Source: Candidatus Woesearchaeota archaeon UBA489 (GTDB lineage: Archaea > Nanobdellota > Nanobdellia > SCGC-AAA011-G17 > UBA489). Taken from it: a stretch of 64,000 nucleotides of DNA. The notes under the pieces were generated by a model. It was not told the origin of the DNA, ran no database searches, and saw only the letters and a program-made list of their open reading frames with translations. Position numbers and translations under genes: made by a program. The stretch spans positions 11,660 to 75,659 of the forward strand of contig DAVM01000021.1 in NCBI GenBank assembly GCA_002505585.1, in the 5' to 3' direction. This document shows positions 9,191 through 19,423 of this stretch, in pieces (the first letter of the stretch is position 1; every line of letters starts with the position of its first letter).

Positions 9191-10160
9191 TCTGTTTCTT
9201 AATAGCAAGGAAAATATACAAAAGTGTAACAAGAACTAAAATTATTAATACACCTAAAAATAATTTAGGAGCTAAAGAAGATTTTTGCTCACCACACTTT
9301 TTCCAAGAACAAACTAAAGACAAACACTCAAAATCTTCCGCACAAGAAACCTCATCACTCTTCTGAGCTAACCACTCACCTGAAGAAGCAACACAAAACT
9401 TTCCACTATCAATAGTTCCATCAACAACACACTGCTCTTTTAAACTACAACCAACCTCTTTAGAAACACTACAACGTTTAGGTGATCCAGAACAAGTATG
9501 AGTAGTACAAGCATCATTATCTTCACAATCCTTGTTAGTTTGACACTTATCAACAGTTTTACAATCAGCATCTTCTGCAGTATCACAAGCTTCAGGACAA
9601 CAAGCATCACCAGCCTTACACACTGCAATTGCAGTATGCACACACTTACTAGGATAATTAGCATCATCACAAGTATCAATAGTGCAAGAATTATCATCAT
9701 TACAATCTGCAGCAGCATTACATTCATTATTTGCCTGAGAACTAGTAATATTTTCAATACAACGATTTCTTGAACAAGCAAACTTTGAACTCAAACACCC
9801 ACAATCAGTACAACAAACAACTTGATCTTCACCAGCACCACAAACCTTATCACCACAAATAATATTTACAGTAATATCCAAAATTGCTTTAGGAGGAGAA
9901 CGAGAAAAACCAACAACATAAATAAACACACCATTAACCATCTTAGATCTATTATCTTTAATATTTTCAGTTACTCCATCAACATCAACATTTATGCTAT
10001 CCCTTACAATACCAAGAACAGAAATATTTTTTCCACTCAAGACTTTATTACCAGGAATATCTAAAATAACCTTCTCTTGAGCAGCAGAAACAGTTAGAAC
10101 TAAAAAACTTAGACAGCATAAAGCATAAACTATTTGGAGAACTCTTTTACTCATAACCAT
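9180..10160 (-). CDS. Cysteine-rich secreted protein with a signal peptide and a C-terminal TM anchor.
   Basis: N-terminal signal peptide (LQIVYALCCLSFLVLTVSAA) and a C-terminal hydrophobic anchor plus KKQTTD tail. About 50 Cys in 326 aa in CxxDxxC-type repeats. Confidence 0.6.
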   Translation of the reverse strand: MVMSKRVLQIVYALCCLSFLVLTVSAAQEKVILDIPGNKVLSGKNISVLGIVRDSINVDVDGVTENIKDNRSKMVNGVFIYVVGFSRSPPKAILDITVNIICGDKVCGAGEDQVVCCTDCGCLSSKFACSRNRCIENITSSQANNECNAAADCNDDNSCTIDTCDDANYPSKCVHTAIAVCKAGDACCPEACDTAEDADCKTVDKCQTNKDCEDNDACTTHTCSGSPKRCSVSKEVGCSLKEQCVVDGTIDSGKFCVASSGEWLAQKSDEVSCAEDFECLSLVCSWKKCGEQKSSLAPKLFLGVLIILVLVTLLYIFLAIKKQTTD

Positions 10161-11086
10161 TTTTTGTTATTAAAAACTAGGAGCATCACAACAATACAAG
10201 CAATTATAATGCCAAAAACAATCCAAAAAGCTTGTTGATGTTCTTGAAAAGGCAAAACAACATTCATACCATATAAACCTGTAATAAGCATAGGCAACAA
10301 CAATACAGAAGCGATGACTGTAAAGTATTTCATAACAACATTAATCTTATTAGAAATATTACCAGTATTAATCTCCAAAATACTAGTTAAACGTTCACGA
10401 TAAATCTCTAAAGTATCACTAACTTGCATCATTTCAACATTTAATTCAGCAAACAAAGCCTTTTCCTTAATAGCAGGAACATCCTTTATTAAATCATTAA
10501 TAACAGAACGATTTCCAGAAACAGATTTTTTTAAATATAATAATTTGTTTTTCAAAGCAAAAATTCTTTTAACTATATGCTCATGAGCAGCAGATAAAAC
10601 ATCATCTTCAATACTTTCTAGACTATCTTCAATAACTTCTAATAACTTATGTTTTGATTTAATAAGATTATACAAAATACGTAATAAAATAATTTCTGTA
10701 CCATTATGAAACATATGTTTAGTCATATCAGCGTTTAAGTCAAGTTCATCAATAAAAGGCAACTTACTAAGATGAATAGCAATTAAATGTCTTCTAGTGA
10801 AGAAAAAACCAATAGGACCACAACGCTTTAAGTCTTCTTCACAATGAGACTGGCTATAAATTATTAAAGTGTATTCTTTAGTTTGTTTAATCCTAGGACT
10901 TTCGTAATTATCAAGACAAGCATTAATATCAGCAATAGAAATCTTAAATCTCTCATGCAATTGATTAACTTCACTCAAAGAAGGATTAGTAACATCCACT
11001 AAACTAATATTCCGCTTTAAATTTACTTGCTTTAAGTTAGACTCAACAACACGAGCGTGAGCACCAGCAGTTATCACCCTTATCAT
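10151..11086 (-). CDS. corA: CorA-family Mg2+/Co2+ transporter.
   Basis: C-terminal two-TM region with the YGMN signature (LITGLYGMNVVLPF). Typical ~310 aa length. Confidence 0.85.
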   Translation of the reverse strand: MIRVITAGAHARVVESNLKQVNLKRNISLVDVTNPSLSEVNQLHERFKISIADINACLDNYESPRIKQTKEYTLIIYSQSHCEEDLKRCGPIGFFFTRRHLIAIHLSKLPFIDELDLNADMTKHMFHNGTEIILLRILYNLIKSKHKLLEVIEDSLESIEDDVLSAAHEHIVKRIFALKNKLLYLKKSVSGNRSVINDLIKDVPAIKEKALFAELNVEMMQVSDTLEIYRERLTSILEINTGNISNKINVVMKYFTVIASVLLLPMLITGLYGMNVVLPFQEHQQAFWIVFGIIIACIVVMLLVFNNKKWL

Positions 11087-11109
11087 ATACTAAGTAGTCA
11101 TGTATTCTG

Positions 11110-11148
11110 CTATATAAATCTACTGTTGATAGGAAACTATATAAAAAC
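11110..11148. promoter_or_regulatory. Divergent promoter region with two TATA boxes between corA (minus) and the thioredoxin-like gene (plus).
   Basis: ctatataaat at 11110-11119 is ~28 nt upstream of the corA start. actatataaaaa at 11137-11148 is ~25 nt upstream of the ATG at 11167. Confidence 0.4.
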
Positions 11149-11166
11149 CTATTTCTTCAAAAAAAC

Positions 11167-11655
11167 ATGGTGCACATAAAAAAGAGCAGACATAGCATAA
11201 AACAAGCAAAAAGAGAAGCTAGACAAAAACAGCAAGTAGAAGAACAAACACAGAGACATGCTGTGACAAAAAAGAGGAAAATAAAACATTACAGCATATT
11301 TTCAGTCATAGGAATCATAGTACTTATTGCATTATTCTTCCTTTTCTCTTCAATTGAAGACAAACCAGGACCACATGATGCATTTGCCCAATGTTTAACA
11401 GAAGAAGGAGCAACCATGTACGGAGCATTCTGGTGTCCACACTGTGCAGAACAAAAAAAGATGTTTGGTAAATCATTTAAGTATGTGGACTATGTAGAAT
11501 GTGACCCTAAAGGAAAGAATGCAAATCCTGAAAAATGTAATCAAGCAGGAATAACTTCCCATCCAACATGGATAATAAAAGGAGAAAAGTACAATGGACA
11601 ACAACCACTTCCAATATTAGCAGAAGCGACAAGTTGTGAGTTAACAAAAACTTAG
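11167..11655 (+). CDS. Membrane-anchored thioredoxin-fold thiol:disulfide oxidoreductase (DsbA-like, CPHC active site).
   Basis: N-terminal TM helix followed by WCPHC and a thioredoxin-fold pattern (second Cys pair CDP...C). Upstream of VKOR. Confidence 0.7.
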   Translation: MVHIKKSRHSIKQAKREARQKQQVEEQTQRHAVTKKRKIKHYSIFSVIGIIVLIALFFLFSSIEDKPGPHDAFAQCLTEEGATMYGAFWCPHCAEQKKMFGKSFKYVDYVECDPKGKNANPEKCNQAGITSHPTWIIKGEKYNGQQPLPILAEATSCELTKT

Positions 11656-11772
11656 AAAAAGCTTTAAATACTATCATTTATTCTTATTCTTATGCCAGGA
11701 AAAGGAAAAAAAGGGAAACCAACAAAAAAGAAAAAACCTAATATTTGTGACATGTGTTAGGAAGTACTTCTA

Positions 11773-12303
11773 ATGAATGAACACAAGAGGCTATATAAGA
11801 TACAAGTAATTTCTATAATAGCAATACTTATCTCAATATTTTTATCATTTCATTATTATCAACCTCAAACTAGTAATTTTTGTCCTTTTGGAGAATCATT
11901 TAATTGTAATGTAATCAATAAAAGTCCTTATGCAACCATAGATGGTATTTTTTATTTTTTAACAACTGACATGAATCTAGATGTTCCTTTAGTGAAGATA
12001 CCATTACCAAATGCCACAGTAACTCTTGTAATCTTCTTAATCATTTTTGGAGCAGCATATAGTATAGGAAAAAATAAACCATTCTGGGGAATGAAAAGAG
12101 AAAAATTATTACAATTACTAAGAGTGTTGTTATACATAAGCTTAGCATATGCGATTTATTTAGCGTACGTAGAAGCATTTATTCTATTAAATTACTGCAT
12201 TTTCTGTATTTTATTAGACGTTTGTATAATTGCAGCATTATGGTTAGTGATAGGCATAAAGAAGAAAGCGAAGAAAAAAGTAAAGAGAAGAAAAAGACGA
12301 TAA
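11773..12303 (+). CDS. Vitamin K epoxide reductase (VKOR) family membrane protein; a DsbB-analogous disulfide generator.
   Basis: Four to five TM helices. Loop Cys pair FCPFGESFNC with 7-residue spacing as in VKORC1. TM CxxC motif NYCIFC (compare human TCIVC). Confidence 0.7.
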   Translation: MNEHKRLYKIQVISIIAILISIFLSFHYYQPQTSNFCPFGESFNCNVINKSPYATIDGIFYFLTTDMNLDVPLVKIPLPNATVTLVIFLIIFGAAYSIGKNKPFWGMKREKLLQLLRVLLYISLAYAIYLAYVEAFILLNYCIFCILLDVCIIAALWLVIGIKKKAKKKVKRRKRR

Positions 12304-12322
12304 GCTTTCTTATATACCAAAA

Positions 12323-12333
12323 CCTATATAAAG
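12323..12333 (+). promoter_or_regulatory. TATA box for the MNT/HEPN operon.
   Basis: cctatataaag is centred ~27 nt upstream of the ATG at 12355. Confidence 0.4.
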
Positions 12334-12354
12334 ACTGTTTATTTTATTAAACAG

Positions 12355-12948
12355 ATGTTCAAAGAACTAAACATACTCCAACACTTCTTTAAAGAGCCAA
12401 TAAGGCAGTTTAACGTAAGAGAACTAGCAAGAATACTCAAACAAGCGCCGGCAACAGTAAGTAAAGAATTAAAAGCATTAGCAAAGAAAGGAATATTACA
12501 ACAAGAAAAAGAAAGAAGATTTCATCTATATAAGGCAAACATAGACAGTGAATACTACAAAGACCTGAAAGTCTATTATACTATTAGACAAATAAAAGAA
12601 ACAGGGTTACTAGAAGCATTAAATAAATTTTATTGGCATCCAGATATAACTTTATTTGGATCAGCAGCAAGAGGTATGGACACAGAAACAAGTGACATAG
12701 ATCTACTTCTAATTACAGACAAAACCGAATATTGTCACGAATTAAAACAATTTGAGAAAAAATTACACAGAGAAATACAAATCTTTCCGGTTAAACATGT
12801 AAAAAGTATAGGAAATAAACACTTAGTTTCAAATATGATGGATGGCATACCAATCCAAGGACAAATAGAATGGATCTGGACACCTGCTTCAAAAAAGGTC
12901 TCATTAAAAAGACGCTTATCAACAAAAAACTCATCCAAGCATTTATAG
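12355..12948 (+). CDS. Winged-HTH plus minimal nucleotidyltransferase (MNT) domain protein; the antitoxin-like partner of HEPN.
   Basis: N-terminal wHTH (ELARILKQAPATVSKELK). NTase motif GSAARGMDTETSDIDLLLI (GS...DxD). TATA box at 12323-12333. Confidence 0.7.
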   Translation: MFKELNILQHFFKEPIRQFNVRELARILKQAPATVSKELKALAKKGILQQEKERRFHLYKANIDSEYYKDLKVYYTIRQIKETGLLEALNKFYWHPDITLFGSAARGMDTETSDIDLLLITDKTEYCHELKQFEKKLHREIQIFPVKHVKSIGNKHLVSNMMDGIPIQGQIEWIWTPASKKVSLKRRLSTKNSSKHL

Positions 12949-13286
12949 AAATGTCAAACATTAAAGAACAAACAGTAGTAGAAGCATCGATTACAGAATA
13001 CAACATTTCAGCCTATGTTTCACTAGCATATGATGCACTAAGAGAAATACTAGAAGCACTTTGTATGCTCCATGGCTATAAAGTACTATCACATGTTTGT
13101 GTAGGAGAACTATTAAACGAATATTTAGAAGACTTTGACTACCATGGATTCAATAAACTTCGTTGGGTTAGAAATAGCATAAATTATTATGGAGAGAAAG
13201 TACCTTATGACCAAGGAAAACAAGCTATTCAACAAATCTTCACCCTCAAGAAAAGCATAGCAGAAACCTACTTTGACCAAACATAA
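12870..13286 (+). CDS. HEPN-domain protein, partner of the MNT; the true start may be the internal Met at 12951.
   Basis: All-alpha ~115-aa protein immediately after, and overlapping, the MNT gene. Conserved R-x(4-6)-H-like region (RNSINYYGEKV). Assignment is by genomic context. Confidence 0.5.
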   Translation: MDLDTCFKKGLIKKTLINKKLIQAFIEMSNIKEQTVVEASITEYNISAYVSLAYDALREILEALCMLHGYKVLSHVCVGELLNEYLEDFDYHGFNKLRWVRNSINYYGEKVPYDQGKQAIQQIFTLKKSIAETYFDQT

Positions 13287-13725
13287 CTTATATAAACACT
13301 TTTTGTTTAGTAGCTTTATAGACTATGAAGAACAGAAGAGAAGATTAGATGCCCTGCCAAGAGAATTGGTAGTAAATTACCTCAGAAAAGCACGTTTAGC
13401 ATGTGAACATGCAGGATTAGTAGCAGAGAACCCCATTTCATCCTCAGCTCTTAAATTTCTCATTGAGAGAAACAAAAGAGGATTAGCAGAAGCAGAAACA
13501 ACATTAGTGCAAGCTATACGCTGCGAAGAAATTGTTGTTACAGGTCCTGAATTAACTCATTATTTGCTCACTTATGCTAGAGCACTTCACAGAGAACAAC
13601 GAGCAGTAAATGCAGAATACCAAAAAAAAGGAGCACCAGAAGGCTTACGCCAGGTTGGTGAAGAAGAGGAAGAAAGTCTTCAGCTTTTGATTGAACAAGG
13701 CTTAGAACAAAGCTTCCAATCATAA
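13273..13725 (+). CDS. Hypothetical acidic alpha-helical protein with atypical codon usage.
   Basis: Uses CTC/CGC/CGT/GCC codons that are rare elsewhere in the window. E/Q/L-rich. No recognisable motif. Confidence 0.4.
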   Translation: MTKHNLYKHFLFSSFIDYEEQKRRLDALPRELVVNYLRKARLACEHAGLVAENPISSSALKFLIERNKRGLAEAETTLVQAIRCEEIVVTGPELTHYLLTYARALHREQRAVNAEYQKKGAPEGLRQVGEEEEESLQLLIEQGLEQSFQS

Positions 13726-13739
13726 ATTATTTAAACACA
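13725..13739 (+). promoter_or_regulatory. TATA-like box for the P-type ATPase gene.
   Basis: aaattatttaaacac lies ~28 nt upstream of the ATG at 13759. Confidence 0.35.
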
Positions 13740-13758
13740 CTTCCATCCTCTTTTATCC

Positions 13759-16305
13759 ATGGGTTATCATGACACAGAAATAAAAGAGGTATTGGCACAA
13801 AAACGCGCTACTTTTGAAGGATTAACAGGAGCAGAAGCAAAAACAAGACTCCAATCCTTTGGAGAAAACAAATTATCAGAAGAAAAACAAATAACCTTAG
13901 CGAAACTTTTCTTAAGACAATTTAATGATTCAGTAATATACATCTTACTAGCAGCAACACTCATTTCCTTTTTTATTAAAGAATATATAGATGCAATAAT
14001 AATATTAAGTATTTTAATTTTTAATTCATTCTTAGGATTTTCTCAAGAATATAAAGCAGAAAGAGCAGTAGCGTTGTTGAAACAACTAACAACTCTTAAA
14101 ACAAAAGTATTGAGAGATGGAAAAATAATAGAAATAAGTTCAACAGACTTAGTCGTTGGAGATGTAGCACGTTTAGAAGCAGGAGATAAAGTACCAGCAG
14201 ACTTGAGAGTTTTTGAAGCAAATAACTTACTCACAAATGAAGCACCCTTAACAGGAGAAAGTATGCCTTGCAGTAAACAAACTGGAGTACTAAAAAGATT
14301 AACAAATTTAGCAGAAAGAAGCAACATGTTGTATTCAGGAACAATAATAGTAAGAGGAACAGGAAAAGCAATAGTAGTAAATACAGGTATGCAAACAGAG
14401 ATAGGAAAGATAGCAAAAATGGTGCAAGAAGCAGAAGTACGAGAAACACCATTACAAAGGAAATTAAAAGACTTAGGAAAATTCATAGGAGCACTAGTCA
14501 TAGGCGTTTGTGTACTAGTTTTTGTATTAGGATTACTAAGAGATATGACCTTAACAGAAACATTACTTACAGCTATAAGCCTAGCGGTAGCAGCAATACC
14601 AGAAGGATTACCAGCAGTAGTCACTATTTGCTTAGCACTAAGTGTGCAACATATGATCAAGAAAAAAGCGTTGATAAAGAGACTGAAAAGTATAGAAACT
14701 TTGGGAAGTGTAACAGCAATTTGTAGTGATAAAACTGGGACTTTAACAAAAAATGAAATGACAGTGAAGAAGTTGTATGTTAATGATCACATAATAGAAA
14801 TAAGTGGAGAAGGCTATAACGCAGAAGGAACCTTTAGTAGCGAAAATAAAAGAACAGATTCAAGATCACTGAATAGATTACTAACAATAGCAGCAAGTTG
14901 TAACAATGCAACAGAAACAATAGGGGATCCAACAGAGATGGCATTGTTGTATGCAGCAAAAAAAGCAGGAGTAGGAAAAGAAGAAAGAACAGGAGAAATA
15001 CCCTTTGAAACAGAAAAAAGATTCATGGCAACATTCCACAAAGGAATAGATTATTACAAAGGTGCACCAGAAGTAATTTTAGCAATGTGTAGTTACATAG
15101 AAATTAATGGGCAAACAAGAAGGTTAATTGATAGAGATAGAGCAAAAATATTAGAATTAAATGAAAGTTTTGCAAAACAAGCACTAAGAGTTCTAGCAAT
15201 GGCCTACAAAAAACAAGGCAACTATTACTTTGTAGGATTAATGGGAATGATAGACCCACCAAAAGAAGGAGTAAAAGAAGCAATACAACTTTGTAAAGAA
15301 GCAGGCATACAATCCATAATGATAACAGGAGATCATCCACTAACAGCAGCAGCAATAGCACACCAAATAGGGCTCAATGATGCACAAGCAGTAACAGGCA
15401 TGGAAATAGAGAAGATGAGTGACAAACATTTGCAAACAGTAGTAAGAGAACATAGTATTTTTGCAAGAGCAAGCTCAGCACACAAAGTAAAGATTTTGAA
15501 AGCATTACAAGCAAATGGAGAAATAGTAGCAATGACAGGAGATGGCATAAATGATGCACCAGCACTAAAAAATGCAAACGTAGGAGTAGCAATGTCATTG
15601 AAAGGAACAGATGTGAGCAGAGATGCAGCAGATATGGTACTAACAGATGACCATTATGCATCTATAGTAGCAGCAATAGAACAAGGAAGAATAGTTTATG
15701 ACAATATTAAAAGATTTGTAAATTATTTGTTAAGTGCAAATGCAGCAGAAGTAGGAGTAATTCTAGTTGCATTATTGTTCGGACTCCCATTACCCTTATT
15801 ACCAATACATATACTTTGGATTAATCTAATGACAGATAGTTGGCCAGCACTAGCACTAGGAGCAGAAAAAGGCAGTAAAGAAATAATGAAGCGGAAACCA
15901 AGAGATCCAAAAGAAAATTTTATGAAAGGATTAAAAAGTGTAATTTTAATAACAGGAATAGTTGGAACCTTAGTAACATTAGGAATCTTTCAATGGGAAT
16001 TAATGCAAGGAAGTAGTTATATAAAAGCCACAACAATGGCATTAACAACACTAATTATGTTTGAAGTAATGAGAGCCTATAGTTGTAAAAGTAGAAGGCC
16101 ATTTGCTAATTTACTAATGAATAAATGGCTACATATAGCAGTACTAGTAAGTATTATTTTACAATTAGCTATTCTGTATACACCACTTAGTGGAGCATTT
16201 AAAGTAGAACCATTAGCATTAGCAGATTGGGGAAAAGTGTTAATCTTAGCATTTGCAGGCTATATAGTGTTAGAAATTAGTAAACTCTTTAGGAAGAGAA
16301 GTTAA
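13759..16305 (+). CDS. P-type cation-transporting ATPase (P2-type, Ca2+-ATPase-like).
   Basis: Phosphorylation motif [18 protein letters not shown] (TGDN-like). [19 protein letters not shown]. About 10 TM helices. 848 aa. Confidence 0.9.
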   Translation: MGYHDTEIKEVLAQKRATFEGLTGAEAKTRLQSFGENKLSEEKQITLAKLFLRQFNDSVIYILLAATLISFFIKEYIDAIIILSILIFNSFLGFSQEYKAERAVALLKQLTTLKTKVLRDGKIIEISSTDLVVGDVARLEAGDKVPADLRVFEANNLLTNEAPLTGESMPCSKQTGVLKRLTNLAERSNMLYSGTIIVRGTGKAIVVNTGMQTEIGKIAKMVQEAEVRETPLQRKLKDLGKFIGALVIGVCVLVFVLGLLRDMTLTETLLTAISLAVAAIPEGLPAVVTICLALSVQHMIKKKALIKRLKSIETLGSVTAICSDKTGTLTKNEMTVKKLYVNDHIIEISGEGYNAEGTFSSENKRTDSRSLNRLLTIAASCNNATETIGDPTEMALLYAAKKAGVGKEERTGEIPFETEKRFMATFHKGIDYYKGAPEVILAMCSYIEINGQTRRLIDRDRAKILELNESFAKQALRVLAMAYKKQGNYYFVGLMGMIDPPKEGVKEAIQLCKEAGIQSIMITGDHPLTAAAIAHQIGLNDAQAVTGMEIEKMSDKHLQTVVREHSIFARASSAHKVKILKALQANGEIVAMTGDGINDAPALKNANVGVAMSLKGTDVSRDAADMVLTDDHYASIVAAIEQGRIVYDNIKRFVNYLLSANAAEVGVILVALLFGLPLPLLPIHILWINLMTDSWPALALGAEKGSKEIMKRKPRDPKENFMKGLKSVILITGIVGTLVTLGIFQWELMQGSSYIKATTMALTTLIMFEVMRAYSCKSRRPFANLLMNKWLHIAVLVSIILQLAILYTPLSGAFKVEPLALADWGKVLILAFAGYIVLEISKLFRKRS

Positions 16306-16341
16306 GAAAGCCTTTAAAACCTTTTAATTCTTACTTATTCT

Positions 16342-17286
16342 ATGAGATATTCAAGACAAGAGCTCTATTTAGGCAAAGAAAGCCAAGAAGTATTAAAGAA
16401 GAAGCATGTAGTACTAGTGGGAGTAGGAGCACTAGGAAGTGTAGCAGCAGAATTACTAACAAGAGCAGGTATAGGAAAATTAACACTTATAGATAGAGAT
16501 GTAGTAGAATTACATAATTTACAAAGACAAAGCTTGTATGAAGAAAAAGATGAAGGAGAAGCAAAAGTACTAGCAGCAAAGAAACATTTAGAAAGAATAA
16601 ATAAAGAAGTACAAATAACAGCAAAAGTAGAAGATATAACACACGAAAATGTAGAATTGTTGAAAAGTGATTTAATCTTAGATGGAACAGACAACCTAGT
16701 AACAAGATTCTTGATCAATGAATACAGTAAGAAAAATAAAATACCCTGGATTTATGCAGCAGCAGTAAGTGACAAAGGCTATGTAAAAATCTACTTACCA
16801 GAAACAGACTGCTTTCAGTGCACTTTTACAGAAACAACAGGACTAGATAGTTGTGATACGGCAGGAGTATTAAACACTTTAACACATACAGTAGCAAGCA
16901 TACAAGTAACAGAAGCATTCAAAGTGTTGTTACAAAAAGTTCAAGAAACACCACTTTTCCATTTAAACATATGGGAAAATAGTTTAACAAGACTAAAAAC
17001 ACAAAGAAAAGAAGGATGTGAAGTATGTAAAGGAAACTATAACTATTTAATGGGGAAGAAAGAAAAAGAAATAATCAAATTCTGTGGATCAGGAAGCTAT
17101 CAAATAAAAGGAAAAGTGAAGTTAGAAGAAATAAAAGAGAAGTTGGAAAAACTAGGAAAAGTAGAATCATTTGAGCATGGCATACAATTTAATCAACTTA
17201 TGATATTCAAAGATGGAAGAGTATTAATAAAAGCAAAAGACGAAAAAGAAGCGAAATCTTTATATGCACAATATATAGGAGAATGA
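16342..17286 (+). CDS. E1-like ThiF/MoeB/UbaA-family adenylyltransferase; a candidate SAMP-activating enzyme.
   Basis: Rossmann GxGxxG (LVGVGALGSVAAELL) with a conserved ...DRD.VE.HNLQRQ block. CxxC pairs CFQC and CEVC, plus a C-terminal extra domain. Confidence 0.8.
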   Translation: MRYSRQELYLGKESQEVLKKKHVVLVGVGALGSVAAELLTRAGIGKLTLIDRDVVELHNLQRQSLYEEKDEGEAKVLAAKKHLERINKEVQITAKVEDITHENVELLKSDLILDGTDNLVTRFLINEYSKKNKIPWIYAAAVSDKGYVKIYLPETDCFQCTFTETTGLDSCDTAGVLNTLTHTVASIQVTEAFKVLLQKVQETPLFHLNIWENSLTRLKTQRKEGCEVCKGNYNYLMGKKEKEIIKFCGSGSYQIKGKVKLEEIKEKLEKLGKVESFEHGIQFNQLMIFKDGRVLIKAKDEKEAKSLYAQYIGE

Positions 17287-17290
17287 GTAG

Positions 17291-17533
17291 ATGGTGAAGT
17301 ACAAAATAATCTTTGATAGAGAAGGGTGTATCGGAGCATTAGCATGCGCAGGAGTAGCAGAAGAATACTGGATACCAGCAGAAGACGGAAAAGTAGACTT
17401 GAAAGGAGCAACCTTTAATGAAGAAACCAAAAAATGGGAATTAATAGTAGGTGAAGAAGCAATAGATGTAAACAAAGTAGCAGTAGATGTCTGCCCAGTA
17501 CAAGTAATAATAATAGAAAAAATAGAAGATTAA
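17291..17533 (+). CDS. Small ferredoxin-like protein (single-cluster ferredoxin type).
   Basis: CIGALAC ... CP arrangement resembling Pyrococcus-type single-cluster ferredoxin. 80 aa. Confidence 0.5.
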   Translation: MVKYKIIFDREGCIGALACAGVAEEYWIPAEDGKVDLKGATFNEETKKWELIVGEEAIDVNKVAVDVCPVQVIIIEKIED

Positions 17534-17770
17534 TTACTCATTCCTTCTACAACCACAACCGCCTTCTCTACCGCAACCGCCCTTCTTTTCAGAAGCAGTG
17601 TTATCCTCAGCATACACATAAGTCTTCTCTTCAACTTCAGCAGCACAAGCACGATGAGAGCCATCACAAAAAGGTTTAGCTTTAGATAAACCACAAGCAC
17701 AAATCCATTTACCAACATCCTCCTCAGTAATCTTAACAGGATGCCTTTCTTTGATTTTAATTAAGCGAGC
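17534..17770 (-). CDS. CDGSH iron-sulfur domain protein (mitoNEET-like).
   Basis: Exact CDGSH signature WICACGLSKAKPFCDGSH. Gly/Cys-rich C-tail. Start chosen at MARLIKIK. Confidence 0.75.
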   Translation of the reverse strand, partial: ARLIKIKERHPVKITEEDVGKWICACGLSKAKPFCDGSHRACAAEVEEKTYVYAEDNTASEKKGGCGREGGCGCRRNE

Positions 17771-17811
17771 CATACACAACACATAAAAAAGAGAACTTCT
17801 TAAGCTTTTCT

Positions 17812-18495
17812 ATGGCACAAAAAGAAAGACCATTTTTGAACTTACTCATAAACATTGTTATACCAGTATTTATTCTCCTTAAGTTAAGTAAAGAACAATA
17901 CTTAGGACCATTCTATGGACTCATAGTTGCGTTAGCATTTCCAATACTTTATGGATTGTATGAAGTAGTGAAAGAAAAAAAATATAACTTTTTATCAATA
18001 CTAGGAGTAGTAAGTATACTTTTAACAGGAGGCATAGGATTGTTGCAACTAAATAATAATTGGTTAGCAGCAAAAGAAGCAGGAGTACCACTATTAATCG
18101 CAATAGCAATATTAGTTTCATTAAAAACAAACTACCCACTAGTAAAAAAATTAATCTACAATGACAGCATCATGAATATAGCAAAGATAGAAGAAGCACT
18201 AGAGGAAAAGAAGAGTAAAGAACAACTAGAAAAACAACTCAAAAAAGCATCTTATTACGTAGCAGGAACATTTGTCTTTTCAGCATTCTTAAACTATATT
18301 CTAGCGAAAATTATAGTGGTAAGTGAACCAGGAAGCGTAGCATACAATACAGAACTAGGAAGAATGACGGCACTAAGTTTTCCAGTCATAGCACTACCAT
18401 CAACAATATTATTAGTCATAGTGATCTTCTCTTTAGTTAAGAAAATAAAGCAATTAACAGGATTAGAAATGGAAGAAGTGTTTAAAGCAAAATAA
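17812..18495 (+). CDS. Polytopic membrane protein of unknown function.
   Basis: Six TM helices with a central amphipathic KEQLEKQLKK segment. TATA box at 17781-17791. Confidence 0.5.
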   Translation: MAQKERPFLNLLINIVIPVFILLKLSKEQYLGPFYGLIVALAFPILYGLYEVVKEKKYNFLSILGVVSILLTGGIGLLQLNNNWLAAKEAGVPLLIAIAILVSLKTNYPLVKKLIYNDSIMNIAKIEEALEEKKSKEQLEKQLKKASYYVAGTFVFSAFLNYILAKIIVVSEPGSVAYNTELGRMTALSFPVIALPSTILLVIVIFSLVKKIKQLTGLEMEEVFKAK

Positions 18496-18855
18496 TTATT
18501 CTTGAGTATATTTTTCATCCAAAGCTAAAGCAAACTCAGCTTTCTTTAATTCTTTTCCTAAATAAGCAGCATGATCAAGACGAGTAAACCAATCCAACTT
18601 ATGTTCTTTAGCATACTCAAAAATAGCATGATACAAATCCTGAGCTCTTTTTCCACGAAACTCTTTCAAAAGAACATGTTCATTAGTACAAATACCCACA
18701 CCAATTTCTTGAGAAGAAGGATACAAACGAATTAAAACATAACACTTATCAGGACGATAATCCTTAATAGCATCACAAGTAGCAACCTGAATAACTTCAA
18801 AATCAGGAGCAGTAGTCTTCTCTTTAATCCAAGCAGGTTTTGGAGATTCCATCAA
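18496..18855 (-). CDS. Hypothetical protein.
   Basis: 119-aa ORF with host-like codon usage and no recognisable motif. Confidence 0.45.
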   Translation of the reverse strand: MMESPKPAWIKEKTTAPDFEVIQVATCDAIKDYRPDKCYVLIRLYPSSQEIGVGICTNEHVLLKEFRGKRAQDLYHAIFEYAKEHKLDWFTRLDHAAYLGKELKKAEFALALDEKYTQE

Positions 18856-18898
18856 TTACCATTACAATTCTCTCTTTAAAAACCTTTCAGTAAATTTT

Positions 18899-19423
18899 TT
18901 AGTTATTTCTACTCCAATGAGCTATATATGAAGTAATACTAGTCCTTGACACTCCAACTAACCTTTTATCTTCATAGATTTCATCATTAGCTACTCCAGC
19001 ATCCTTAGCACCATGAACTATTCCTTTAATCTGATCTTTTGTTAGTTCTGTTGCCTTCTCTACTCTTTGAGGTTTTCCTTCAGTAGCAAATATCTTATCC
19101 AATAAAGTTGTGAACTTAGTTAGTTCTCTTTCATTTAATTTTCCAACTACTTGATCTGTTGGAACAATAACATAGTCACTACCTACATATTGTTCTAACC
19201 CTTTTTCACCTTTAGGATTAGAGTTGCTAGGAGAACTTGCTTTTTGTTCAGCTCGAGTATTATGTGCTTTATATGCACCAACACTAGTAGTGCTTATTTG
19301 CAATCCATAAGCAATTCTTTCAGTGGAAAGCTCTAAACTATCTAATTCTTTCACAATTTGCCTAGTATCCATTCCTCCATCACGTAACTCTTTTACTTTT
19401 ACTCTAGTTTCTTTCTTATTCAT
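18899..19423 (-). CDS. Hypothetical protein with an N-terminal HTH-like segment, in an island of atypical codon usage.
   Basis: T-ending codons are frequent on the coding strand, unlike host genes. 4-nt overlap with the upstream gene. Confidence 0.5.
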   Translation of the reverse strand: MNKKETRVKVKELRDGGMDTRQIVKELDSLELSTERIAYGLQISTTSVGAYKAHNTRAEQKASSPSNSNPKGEKGLEQYVGSDYVIVPTDQVVGKLNERELTKFTTLLDKIFATEGKPQRVEKATELTKDQIKGIVHGAKDAGVANDEIYEDKRLVGVSRTSITSYIAHWSRNN

